This document shows, piece after piece, positions 63,979 to 64,000 of a stretch of 64,000 nt of DNA (position 1 is the first letter of the stretch; each line of letters opens with the position of its first letter). The notes beneath the pieces were generated by a model. It was not told the origin of the DNA. It made no database searches and worked only from the letters and a program-made list of their open reading frames with translations. The stretch is from Octopus sinensis. Its lineage: Eukaryota. Made by a program: the position numbers and the translations under genes. Where the stretch lies: contig NC_043015.1 in assembly GCF_006345805.1 (NCBI RefSeq), forward strand, positions 25,420,001 to 25,484,000, given 5' to 3'.

Positions 63979-64000
63979 ATATATGTGTGTGTGTATATAT

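Overview
AT-rich eukaryotic non-coding DNA, saturated with microsatellites and transposon debris. The SINE families and (TA)n/(CA)n density point to an octopod cephalopod (Octopus); this is an inference. I find no convincing host exon, tRNA/rRNA gene or CRISPR array, and most short ORFs in the track are microsatellite translations. Content: (1) several Penelope-like elements (PLEs): the 3' end of a GIY-YIG PLE followed by a 3-kb structured tail (1-3530), a 5'-clipped but otherwise near-complete RT+GIY-YIG copy (21780-25165), a probable N-terminal-endonuclease fragment, and two inverted-repeat cassettes carrying hammerhead-like ribozymes; (2) RTE-clade LINEs (three large copies and many 3'-end fragments) whose 3' UTR holds a variable array of ~61-63-bp hairpin units and whose ORF contains a PHD-type finger; (3) a near-intact CR1-type LINE ORF2 sharing its 3' tail with the main tRNA-derived SINE; (4) mariner/Tc1 relics, Helitron-like non-autonomous elements and piggyBac-like MITE ends. 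Most unusual signals: long-range complementarity in the PLE tail that works mainly through G.U wobble pairs on the sense strand; three different hammerhead cores (CUGAAGA, the U3:A8 covariant UUGAAAA, and an insertion variant CUGCAUUGAGA); the alternating A/B hairpin array in the RTE 3' UTR; and two fold-back palindromes (53598-53699, 54840-55053). All folds and alignments were done by eye.
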